Shown piece by piece: positions 14,231-21,635 of a stretch of DNA of 32,000 nt (position 1 is its first letter; every line of letters begins with the position of its first letter). Source of the DNA: Candidatus Saccharimonadota bacterium (GTDB taxonomy: Bacteria > Patescibacteriota > Saccharimonadia > Saccharimonadales > Saccharimonadaceae); NCBI RefSeq assembly GCF_025273655.1, contig NZ_CP045921.1, forward strand, positions 630,001 through 662,000. The letters run 5' to 3'. The notes beneath the pieces are model-generated. The model saw only the letters and a list, made by a program, of their open reading frames with translations, was not told the DNA's origin and did not search any database. The translations under genes and the position numbers were made by a program.

Positions 14231-16744
14231 ATGCAAGCATTTTCTCATCTACTCGACTCATTCGTACCCGAACACTATGATTTGTCGCTCACACTCGAGC
14301 GAGAAGCCCGCGCATTTCATGGCACTATCAGTATCAAAGGTTTCCAAAAAAGCGACGATTACTTACCACTTCACACCAAAGATCTGACAATAACCAGCGC
14401 AGCTGTCGATGGCAATTCTGTGGAGTATGAGCACAGTGACAATGACGAGCTGCGGCTCGCTCATACGGTGCCCGGTGCACATATCATCGTCCTGCAGTTC
14501 GAAGGCAAAATCACCGATGCCATGCATGGTCTGTATCCTTGCTATTTTGAAGTCGACGGCATCAAGAAAGAGTTACTTGCCACGCAGTTCGAGAGCCACC
14601 ATGCTCGCGAGGTGTTCCCGTGTATTGACGAACCCGCCGCCAAAGCAACATTTGATCTCACTCTCACCACAGAAGAAGGTGTCGAAGTACTTGGTAATAT
14701 GCCAGTCGACTGGCAACGCAGCGAACCAGAAGGTCTGGTGACAAAGTTTGAGACGAGCCCGCGCATGAGTAGCTATCTTCTCGCATTTGTCGTCGGCGAG
14801 ATGCAAAAGAAAACCGCACAGACAAAAGACGGCGTAGAAGTAAATGTCTGGGCTACCCATGCACAGCCAGCCAGTGCACTTGATTTTCCGCTCGATATCG
14901 CTGTACGGAGCATCGAGTTCTACAACGACTACTTTGGTACCCCGTACCCATTGCCAAAGGCCGACCATGTGGCACTGCCAGACTTCAGCTCCGGTGCCAT
15001 GGAAAACTGGGGACTGATCACCTACCGCGAAATGGCGCTACTCGCCGATCCAGCTACTACTAGCATCTCAAGCCGTCAGTACATCGCGACCGTCATCGCT
15101 CACGAGCTGGCACACCAGTGGTTCGGCAATCTTGTAACTATGAAGTGGTGGAACGATCTCTGGCTCAACGAAAGCTTCGCAACACTCATGGAATACATCG
15201 CCGTCGATGCGCTCCATCCAGAGTGGAATATTTGGCTCGATTTTGCCACCAACGAGACAATTAGCGCGCTTCGACGCGATGCACTTGACGGCGTGCAGGC
15301 CGTGCAGGTCGATGTCAATCACCCGGACGAGATTAGCACGCTCTTCGACCCGTCAATCGTGTATGCCAAAGGTGCACGATTGCTGCGCATGGTACAGCAC
15401 TATGTGGGTCACGAGGCGTTTCAGCGCGGCTTGGCGCAGTATTTCCGTGACTACGCCTACGACAATACTGTGGGCGACAATCTCTGGCAAGCGCTAGCAG
15501 ACGCCAGTGGCAAAGACATAGTGGACATGATGAATATCTGGGCTTCACAATCTGGCTATCCTGTGGTCGAAGCTGGCATTAACGCTGACAGTATCACACT
15601 CACGCAGTCACAATTCTTCATCGGTGCGCATGAGCAAAGTGACAAGCTCTGGCCCATTCCCCTCGGCGCCTCTACCGAGGCTGCACCCGCTCTCATGACT
15701 GAGCAGACGGCGAGCTTCGACTATCAGAGCGATGCACCACTCCAACTCAATGTCGGCGATAGCGCGCATTTTATCACGCATTATGACGATGTGCTCTTCA
15801 CTCGACTCATCGACGCAGTAAAATTAGGTCAGCTCGATACGCTTGCAAAAGTACAATTGCTCGACGAAGCCACGCTCCTGGCTCGCGGTGGTATCCTCTC
15901 ATCCGAACAACTCATCCCACTCATCGACGCGTACCGGGCAGAGACGAGTGAACCGGTCTGGAATATCATTGCCCTAGCACTCGGCGAACTAAAGAAGTTT
16001 GTACAAGAAGACGAAGCAGCCGAACAAAAACTGCGTGCGTTTGCAAAAGACATAGCTGCACCACTGTACGCCGAACTCGGCTGGAACGCAAAAACAGGCG
16101 AAAGCGAAGAGCACACCAAGCTTCGCGGCACGATTCTCGGTCTGACGTTGTACGGCGAAGATGAAGCCGCCATTGCTACAGCGAAGGAACTGTACACATC
16201 GACCAAACTCGAAGCACTCGACCCAGAGCTACGACCGCTTATCATCAGCTCTGTGGCACGTTACGGCGATGAAGACGTGGTCGACACGCTCCTCGAGCGC
16301 TACCGCACTAGCCAGTCAGCCGAGCTCAAGCAAGACATCTGTGTCGGTATCACTTCGACGCGCATTCCAGAGAAAATTGACGAACTGCTCGCCCGCATCA
16401 AGGATCCAACCACCGTTAAACCACAAGACGTCGCGCGCTGGTTTGTCTACCTTATCCGTGGCCGTGAATCACGGGCAGTAGCATGGCAATGGGTACAAAA
16501 CAATTGGGACTGGATCGAGCAGACATTTGGCGGCGATAAAAGCTACGACGACTACCCTCGCTACAGCGCCGGCGGCCTCATGACTCGCGAGCAACTCGAC
16601 GAATACACTGCGTTTTTCGCGCCCAAACAAAACATCCCTGCGCTTACACGTGCTATCCAGCTCGGCATCGGTGAAATCACCGGGCGTGTCGAGCTCATTG
16701 AACGCGACCAGCCGGCTGTTATTGCTGCCCTCAAGGACCTCTAA
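14231..16744 (+). CDS. pepN: Aminopeptidase N (M1 family zinc metallopeptidase)
   Basis: GAMENWG exopeptidase motif and HELAHQWFGNLVTMKWWNDLWLNESFA (HExxH-18-E). 837 aa, with the ERAP1-like C-terminal helical domain. Confidence 0.95.
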   Translation: MQAFSHLLDSFVPEHYDLSLTLEREARAFHGTISIKGFQKSDDYLPLHTKDLTITSAAVDGNSVEYEHSDNDELRLAHTVPGAHIIVLQFEGKITDAMHGLYPCYFEVDGIKKELLATQFESHHAREVFPCIDEPAAKATFDLTLTTEEGVEVLGNMPVDWQRSEPEGLVTKFETSPRMSSYLLAFVVGEMQKKTAQTKDGVEVNVWATHAQPASALDFPLDIAVRSIEFYNDYFGTPYPLPKADHVALPDFSSGAMENWGLITYREMALLADPATTSISSRQYIATVIAHELAHQWFGNLVTMKWWNDLWLNESFATLMEYIAVDALHPEWNIWLDFATNETISALRRDALDGVQAVQVDVNHPDEISTLFDPSIVYAKGARLLRMVQHYVGHEAFQRGLAQYFRDYAYDNTVGDNLWQALADASGKDIVDMMNIWASQSGYPVVEAGINADSITLTQSQFFIGAHEQSDKLWPIPLGASTEAAPALMTEQTASFDYQSDAPLQLNVGDSAHFITHYDDVLFTRLIDAVKLGQLDTLAKVQLLDEATLLARGGILSSEQLIPLIDAYRAETSEPVWNIIALALGELKKFVQEDEAAEQKLRAFAKDIAAPLYAELGWNAKTGESEEHTKLRGTILGLTLYGEDEAAIATAKELYTSTKLEALDPELRPLIISSVARYGDEDVVDTLLERYRTSQSAELKQDICVGITSTRIPEKIDELLARIKDPTTVKPQDVARWFVYLIRGRESRAVAWQWVQNNWDWIEQTFGGDKSYDDYPRYSAGGLMTREQLDEYTAFFAPKQNIPALTRAIQLGIGEITGRVELIERDQPAVIAALKDL

Positions 16745-17296
16745 ATGCCGCGTGTCATCATGTCGTTTAGTGATGACCTTGTCGCCACACTCCAGGTGGG
16801 AAGCATAGCTGTCGTCCGCACCGACACACTCTATGGGGTACTGTGTCGGGCAGATGACGAGCAGGCAGTCGCGCGCGTCTATACGCTCAAACATCGCGAC
16901 GAATCCAAATCACCCATCGTACTGATAGCCGACCAGTCCCAGCTATACGACATACCACATGAATCGATGCTCCCTGCGCTCGATATGATGTGGCCAGGGC
17001 CCTACAGCATCATCCTTCCTGGAGTACAAGCGCCCCACTGGATCACACGAGAAAACGGCTCAGTCGCCTATCGAATCCCGGCCCGCGATGACCTGCGCTA
17101 TCTCCTCAAGCATACCGGACCACTCATCGCACCTAGCGCAAACCCCGAAGGCCAGCCGCCAGCGCTGACAGTTCAGCAAGCCATAGATTACTTTGGTGAT
17201 ACGGTTGACATATACGTCGATGGAGGTGAAGTCAGCGACACTCGCCCATCTACGCTACTGCGCTTTGCCGACAATAAATTTGAGAAGCTCCGCTAA
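16745..17296 (+). CDS. tsaC: L-threonylcarbamoyladenylate synthase, short YrdC/TsaC form
   Basis: VRTDTLYGVLCRA, KHRDESKSPIVLIAD and IAPSANPEGQPPA are YrdC/Sua5-domain motifs. The ATG directly abuts the pepN stop (TAA-ATG), which indicates translational coupling. Confidence 0.85.
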   Translation: MPRVIMSFSDDLVATLQVGSIAVVRTDTLYGVLCRADDEQAVARVYTLKHRDESKSPIVLIADQSQLYDIPHESMLPALDMMWPGPYSIILPGVQAPHWITRENGSVAYRIPARDDLRYLLKHTGPLIAPSANPEGQPPALTVQQAIDYFGDTVDIYVDGGEVSDTRPSTLLRFADNKFEKLR

Positions 17297-18297
17297 ACCC
17301 GCTCCAGATATGTCTCGACAGCCGGTGGATCACCAGTCAAAGACATAGCAGACGTGACAAGATCGACATCTCGTAGCTTGTTGCTATGCGCGTAGAACTG
17401 AGCCGCATAGCGCATCTGATTCAGCTTCTTGGGAGTGATGGCCGCAAGGCCGCCACCTTGGTTAGCATTCTTGCGGAACTTCACTTCGGTGAAATACAAT
17501 CTCCCACCTTTTTGCGATACAATGTCAATCTCGCAGTATTTCGTCTTCCAGTTGCGCGCGATGATCTCGTGACCGAGACGTAAGAGGTGATTTGCCGCTT
17601 CATCTTCGGCACGGTCTCCGATTTTTTTGGTCGTTTCCATATGACGAGTCGTGTCATCCTCGGACCCGACCCGGGGATCCGGTTGAGATGAATTATTATG
17701 ACTGGATTCTCTGCTCAAGCCAGAGAATGACACCCCAGCATATTTCTGCAGCGGCGCAAAACTCAACCGGTGCAGAGGCGTGACACCCAGCCGCTCTATG
17801 GCCAGTCGGTGTGCCGCCGTACCGTAGCCAGCATGCGAGCCAAATTTATACCCCGGATAGAATGTATCTTGATCAGTCATGTAGTTGTCGCGTGCAACTT
17901 TGGCAATGATCGATGCCGCCGACACACTTGGCACTAGCAAATCTGCCTTCGGCATAGTTGCCACATGATACTCAAGTGGCGTATCGGCAAGCAAATTAAT
18001 CGCTCCATCGATGATGATTTCGTGAAACGGTACGTTCACCGCCTGCACGGCGCGCTTGGTCGCGAGGCGAAGACTCGGTCCTAGTCCAATCTGGTCGATC
18101 TCTGCCGCGCTCACCCAACCTAGCCCGTAGCCAGCGGCTTGCTCACGTATCTCGACATCTAGCGCTTCGCGCCGCTTCTTCGTCAGCTTCTTGCTATCTG
18201 TCAGCCCGTCTATCACCGCGCCACCGAGCACGACCGCACCTACCACCATTGGCCCCGCCCATGGTCCGCGACCGACTTCGTCTATACCTAGTATCAT
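17293..18297 (-). CDS. rnhB: Fusion protein: ribonuclease HII (N-terminal) fused to a YraN/UPF0102 endonuclease-like domain (C-terminal)
   Basis: N-terminal GIDEVGRGPWAGPMVVGAVVL (DEVGRG catalytic motif), DSKKLTKKRRE and SIIAKVARD. A Ser/Asp-rich linker follows. C-terminal GDRAEDEAANHLLRLGHEIIARNWKTKYCEIDIVSQKGGRLYFTEVKFR is typical of UPF0102/YraN. Confidence 0.88.
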   Translation of the reverse strand: MILGIDEVGRGPWAGPMVVGAVVLGGAVIDGLTDSKKLTKKRREALDVEIREQAAGYGLGWVSAAEIDQIGLGPSLRLATKRAVQAVNVPFHEIIIDGAINLLADTPLEYHVATMPKADLLVPSVSAASIIAKVARDNYMTDQDTFYPGYKFGSHAGYGTAAHRLAIERLGVTPLHRLSFAPLQKYAGVSFSGLSRESSHNNSSQPDPRVGSEDDTTRHMETTKKIGDRAEDEAANHLLRLGHEIIARNWKTKYCEIDIVSQKGGRLYFTEVKFRKNANQGGGLAAITPKKLNQMRYAAQFYAHSNKLRDVDLVTSAMSLTGDPPAVETYLERV

Positions 18298-18303
18298 TGT
18301 ACT

Positions 18304-18312
18304 AGCATATCA
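18304..18312 (-). promoter_or_regulatory. Extended -10 (TGA-TATGCT) 6 nt upstream of the rnhB ATG; a leaderless mRNA is implied
   Basis: The minus strand reads TGATATGCT-AGTACA-ATG(18297). The TG is contributed by the end of the rplS terminator U-tract. Confidence 0.5.
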
Positions 18313-18338
18313 AAAACGCCCCTTTCCAGGGGCGTTTT
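18313..18338 (-). terminator. Rho-independent terminator of rplS
   Basis: The minus strand reads AAAACGCCCCT-GGAA-AGGGGCGTTTTT, an 11-bp GC-rich stem plus a T-run, 15 nt after the rplS stop. Confidence 0.8.
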
Positions 18339-18353
18339 ATACAGATGAAAAGC

Positions 18354-18791
18354 TTAGGCGTCAGCTTTTTCTTCAGATACCTCTGCAGCCGGAGCTTCGG
18401 CCTTTGGTGCCTCCGGCAGCGTATTGATGCCTTCACGGTCAAATTTGACAGCTTTGAGACGTGCGCTTTTACCGCTACGGTTGCGCAGGAAGCTCAGGTA
18501 GTTACGGCGAACCTTGCTACGGCGAGTAATCTCTACCTTTTCTACTAGCGGGCTATGCAGCAAGAAGCTCTTTTCAACACCTACACCACTGGCGATTTTG
18601 CGCACCGTGATACGGCTCGTGTGCGACGCCTTGTTGTCGGTGCGGATGACGACACCTTCGAACACCTGGACACGTTCTTTGTTACCTTCTTTGATCTTCT
18701 GATGTACACGGACGGTGTCACCACTGCGTGCGTCGACGACAGCATGTTTCTTCTGTTCGTCATTGACTTTTTTGATAAGTGCAAAACTCAT
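18354..18791 (-). CDS. rplS: 50S ribosomal protein L19 with an Ala/Glu/Lys-rich C-terminal extension
   Basis: RSGDTVRVHQKIKEGNKERVQVFEGVVI and ITVRKIASGVGVEKSFLLHSPLVEKVEI are canonical L19 blocks. The start is ATG 18791, behind the SD GAGGA. The track's upstream extension has no SD. Confidence 0.95.
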   Translation of the reverse strand: MSFALIKKVNDEQKKHAVVDARSGDTVRVHQKIKEGNKERVQVFEGVVIRTDNKASHTSRITVRKIASGVGVEKSFLLHSPLVEKVEITRRSKVRRNYLSFLRNRSGKSARLKAVKFDREGINTLPEAPKAEAPAAEVSEEKADA

Positions 18792-18905
18792 ATGATTAAA
18801 TCCTCTTGTCGTCCGATCGATTTCGTTCGGCCACACAGTTGCATCCCTGCGGCTCCGTAACTCTCGATTGCTCGGCGCTTATATACTATATACAATCAAG
18901 GGTTG

Positions 18906-18914
18906 ATTATAGCA
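18906..18914 (-). promoter_or_regulatory. Extended -10 (TGC-TATAAT), candidate rplS promoter giving a ~108-nt leader
   Basis: The minus strand reads TTTTCA-17 nt-TATAAT with TGC immediately upstream of the hexamer. It lies ~30 nt after the pilB stop. Confidence 0.5.
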
Positions 18915-18944
18915 CAAATCATACGAGATGAAAAGAGTTACATA

Positions 18945-20570
18945 TTAAATTGCACGGTTGACTTCTTCCAGCGTAGTCTCGCCGCGAAGTGCCGCAAGCA
19001 CACCTGCCTGGAGTAGTGTGATCATACCACTTTCGCGCGCGACTTTCTCGATGGCTTCAGTATGCACATCTACTACGTCGCCACGCAGGAACTTCTGGAT
19101 TTCTTCGTTGACCACCATCTGCTCCATGACTGGTATGCGGCCTTTGAACCCAAACGGTGTATCGGGTGTCGACACGGGTTTCCATAGCTTGAACGTATCG
19201 AGATTTGGTACGTTCGGAGTATCCGCAGGAATACCTTCGAGCGTCTTCTTCACCCAGCTGCGAGTGGCCTCATCCGGTTCATATTCCTCCTTAGTATCAT
19301 CTACCAGGCGACGCACCAAGCGTTGTGCAATCAGTAGGCGCACTGCCGAGCTGAAGATAGGGTTTTGGCCGATCATGTCGATCATACGGCTAAACGCCGC
19401 AGAAGTAGAATTGGCGTGAAACGAGCTCAGCACTAAGTGACCCGTAATCGACGCCTGGATAGCCGTTTTTGCCGTCTCGACGTCGCGAATCTCACCTACC
19501 ATCACGACATCTGGGTCAAGACGAAGCACTGAGCGCAGGCCATCGGCAAAGTGCTGACCGCTCGTGGTATCAATTGGAATCTGCGTAATACCAGGTAGTT
19601 GGTTCTCCACAGGATCCTCGAGTGTGATGAGCTTACGATCGTCGGTATTGAGCGCATTGAGAATGCTGTAGAGCGTGGTAGATTTACCACTACCAGTTGG
19701 CCCCACCATGAGCAACATGCCTCGTGGGTGGCTCACGATCTCCTGTATTTCTTTCATCTCCTTGCTGGCGATGTTGAGAAACTCCAGATTGAGCTGCGCT
19801 GTGTCAAAATTGAACAAACGCATGACGACATCTTGCCCATTGAGTGTTGGAACAGCCTCGATACGAAGGTTGAGGATATGTGTTGCACCGTCGCGCGTGA
19901 CTTCTTTGTTCATGTGACCAGACTGCGGCGTCGTAGCAGCGGTAGAAATATTTGCACGCGAGCTGAGAGCCGCCATAAGCACACGATAACGGTCCTTCTC
20001 GAGATTTGCCACAGAGTGCAGGGCACCGTCGATACGCATACGAATTCGGATAAATGTGCGCTGATTTTCGACATGAATATCGGACGCGCCGAGCTTATCT
20101 GCCTGGTCGATGAGATAATCGAAAACAAGATCGGTACCGACAGAATTCAGTGTTTGACTGACTGCCGCAATCGTCTCGCTGTCACCTTGTTTGGCGATCT
20201 CGATGTCATCGTAGATAACCTCTTTTGGGGGATCATAGCGATCCATCAGCACTTTGTAGCCAGACTGACTGATCAGTAGGAACTGGATACCGCGCCCATT
20301 TTCTGTATATTCGGTCTCGAGTTTTTGGATCACGGACTGCGGCGTCACGCTTGTCACTCCAAAACGCGTCTGTGTACTATCGTCGCCTTTTACGAGTGGC
20401 ACCATCTTGTTCATGTGCATCTCTTTGATAGAGATCACATCCATAGCAAGTGGTAGGTCGTTTTCTATCTCGCGAGTGTCGAGATACTGCAATCCGAGTA
20501 TAGTCGAGCGCTTGGCGGTCGACAGTTCATCGTGCTCACGACGGGTTTCTTGGATTTTTTTCTCGTCCAT
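18945..20570 (-). CDS. pilB: Type IV pilus / type II secretion assembly ATPase (PilB/GspE family)
   Basis: GSPII_E N-terminal domain (TILGLQYLDTREIENDLPL), Walker A GPTGSGKSTT, Asp box ITLEDPVE, Walker B DPDVVMVGEIRD, and His box GHLVLSSFHAN. I place the start at ATG 20570 (MDEKKIQ...), because the track's upstream extension runs through the divergent promoter region. Confidence 0.9.
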   Translation of the reverse strand: MDEKKIQETRREHDELSTAKRSTILGLQYLDTREIENDLPLAMDVISIKEMHMNKMVPLVKGDDSTQTRFGVTSVTPQSVIQKLETEYTENGRGIQFLLISQSGYKVLMDRYDPPKEVIYDDIEIAKQGDSETIAAVSQTLNSVGTDLVFDYLIDQADKLGASDIHVENQRTFIRIRMRIDGALHSVANLEKDRYRVLMAALSSRANISTAATTPQSGHMNKEVTRDGATHILNLRIEAVPTLNGQDVVMRLFNFDTAQLNLEFLNIASKEMKEIQEIVSHPRGMLLMVGPTGSGKSTTLYSILNALNTDDRKLITLEDPVENQLPGITQIPIDTTSGQHFADGLRSVLRLDPDVVMVGEIRDVETAKTAIQASITGHLVLSSFHANSTSAAFSRMIDMIGQNPIFSSAVRLLIAQRLVRRLVDDTKEEYEPDEATRSWVKKTLEGIPADTPNVPNLDTFKLWKPVSTPDTPFGFKGRIPVMEQMVVNEEIQKFLRGDVVDVHTEAIEKVARESGMITLLQAGVLAALRGETTLEEVNRAI

Positions 20571-20577
20571 TGCCACT

Positions 20578-20586
20578 AGTATACCA
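20578..20586 (-). promoter_or_regulatory. Extended -10 (TGG-TATACT) 7 nt upstream of the pilB ATG; a leaderless mRNA is implied
   Basis: The minus strand reads TGGTATACT-AGTGGCA-ATG(20570). There is no SD. Confidence 0.5.
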
Positions 20587-20605
20587 AACCATAAGCAAAT
20601 ATGAG

Positions 20606-20614
20606 TGGTATAAT
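20606..20614 (+). promoter_or_regulatory. Extended -10 (TGG-TATAAT) 11 nt upstream of the trmH-family ATG
   Basis: TGGTATAAT-GGCGGGAGTTT-ATG(20626). It sits back-to-back with the pilB element in a 55-nt divergent gap. Confidence 0.5.
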
Positions 20615-20625
20615 GGCGGGAGTTT

Positions 20626-21111
20626 ATGAGAGACATCGTACTCATCGCCCACAATATCCGCTCCACACATAATGTCGGAGCGTTTCTACGCACCTGCGAT
20701 GGGTTTGGTGTACGCAAGCTGATTTTTAGTGGCTATACGCCGTATCCGACACTAGAAGACGATACACGCCTGCCGCATTTCGCCGACAAGATTACGCGCC
20801 AGATCCATAAGACAGCGCTAGGCGCCGAGGTAACTGTGCCGTTTGAACGCTACGAATTGCCGCCCATCGAACAGCTAAAGGCCGATGGATATACGATCGT
20901 AGGCCTTGAGCAAGACGAACGCTCAGTGATGCTGCCAGACTACGAAGTACCGGACAAAGTCGCCCTGCTACTCGGCAACGAGATCGACGGCATCTACCCT
21001 GAATACCGCGACCAGTGTGATGCACTTGTCGAGATTCCAATGCACGGTCACAAAGAGTCGTTCAATGTCAGTGTCGCGACAGGTATCGCTCTCTACCACC
21101 TGTCAATCTAG
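20626..21111 (+). CDS. SpoU/TrmH-family RNA 2'-O-methyltransferase
   Basis: IAHNIRSTHNVGAFLRTCDGFGV, LLLGNEIDGI and IPMHGHKESFNVSVATGIALYHL are the three SPOUT (SpoU) motifs. Confidence 0.85.
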   Translation: MRDIVLIAHNIRSTHNVGAFLRTCDGFGVRKLIFSGYTPYPTLEDDTRLPHFADKITRQIHKTALGAEVTVPFERYELPPIEQLKADGYTIVGLEQDERSVMLPDYEVPDKVALLLGNEIDGIYPEYRDQCDALVEIPMHGHKESFNVSVATGIALYHLSI

Positions 21112-21114
21112 GTT

Positions 21115-21134
21115 TTCCACCATATATGGTGGAA
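21115..21134 (+). promoter_or_regulatory. Perfect 20-bp palindrome resembling an NrdR box (box 1)
   Basis: TTCCACCATATATGGTGGAA. The central 16-mer CCACCATATATGGTGG (21117-21132) matches the NrdR-box consensus acaCwAtATaTwGtgt at 12/16 positions. Confidence 0.45.
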
Positions 21135-21148
21135 TCTACTACACATAA

Positions 21149-21164
21149 GCGCTATATATGATTG
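21149..21164 (+). promoter_or_regulatory. Weaker NrdR-box-like site (box 2) overlapping the nrdH -35
   Basis: GCGCTATATATGATTG matches the consensus at about 10/16 positions. Its centre lies 32 bp from the centre of box 1, the three-helical-turn spacing typical of tandem NrdR boxes. Confidence 0.3.
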
Positions 21165-21190
21165 CGTAAGGCACACGAGCTAACTATACT
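21162..21190 (+). promoter_or_regulatory. Candidate nrdH promoter
   Basis: -35 TTGCGT (21162-21167), a 17-nt spacer, then -10 TATACT (21185-21190). This gives a ~115-nt leader ahead of the SD GAGGAAG and ATG 21314. Confidence 0.5.
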
Positions 21191-21313
21191 AAGGATAAGT
21201 TTGAACAAAACCTAACGTAAGTTCAGTTCAGAGTACCCGTCGGAGCGTATTCCTTATGCCAGGGTTTGTTTAAACTTGGCCTTTTGGAATACCTAACAGT
21301 GAGGAAGTCCACC

Positions 21314-21556
21314 ATGGGCATCGCCGTCTACACCAAGCCAGCCTGCGTACAGTGCAACGCAACCTACAAGGCGCTCGACAAGCAAGGTCTCGAGTACGAA
21401 GTGATCGACATCAGCCAGGACGAGGAAGCACGTGACTACGTCATGGCGCTTGGCTACCTGCAGGCGCCCGTCGTCGTGGTCGGCGACGATCATTGGTCGG
21501 GCTTTCGGCCGGATCGCATCAAGGCACTCGGCCAGCAGCCGGTCCCCGTAGGCTAA
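21314..21556 (+). CDS. nrdH: NrdH-type glutaredoxin-like redoxin
   Basis: 80 aa with the CVQC active site and the WSGFRPD motif that distinguishes NrdH from other glutaredoxins. ATG 21314 follows the SD GAGGAAG. 40 of the first 50 codons end in G/C. Confidence 0.9.
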   Translation: MGIAVYTKPACVQCNATYKALDKQGLEYEVIDISQDEEARDYVMALGYLQAPVVVVGDDHWSGFRPDRIKALGQQPVPVG

Positions 21557-21591
21557 TCGGCTAATCTGGGTGACGTTTCTACCAAAAGGCC

Positions 21592-21635
21592 GCCGCCTAT
21601 GACTCTTCGGAGTTGTAGGCGGCTGCTTTCGTTTT
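21592..21635. terminator. Bidirectional rho-independent terminator between nrdH and the convergent HD-like gene
   Basis: GCCGCCTA-tg-ACTC-TTCG-GAGT-tg-TAGGCGGC (21592-21623) is followed by TGCTTTCGTTTT on the plus strand and preceded by CCAAAAGG (CCTTTTGG on the minus strand). Confidence 0.75.

Noticed and set aside
19599-20279. 226-aa plus-strand ORF antisense to pilB. The same kind of ORF occurs at 24823-25551 and 25654-26076 inside dnaE, 10036-10644 opposite the kinase domain, and 5455-6263 inside clpC.
   Set aside because: All are embedded antisense in genes with strong family signatures, and none has start signals. They are treated as non-coding shadows.
21115-21134. Reading the 20-bp palindrome after trmH as a plain rho-independent terminator
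   Set aside because: As RNA it would leave at most a 4-nt AU loop, and it has no downstream U-tract (TCTACTACA follows). Its sequence and the 32-bp phasing with a second site fit a protein operator (NrdR-like) better. A dual role cannot be excluded.
21191-21313. A riboswitch (for example cobalamin) or small RNA in the ~115-nt nrdH leader
   Set aside because: I found no B12-box-like GCCACTG core or other riboswitch signature that I can recognise. Only short local pairings (TAAGGA/TCCTTA) and a 7-nt ACCTAAC direct repeat are present. That is insufficient evidence without covariance models.
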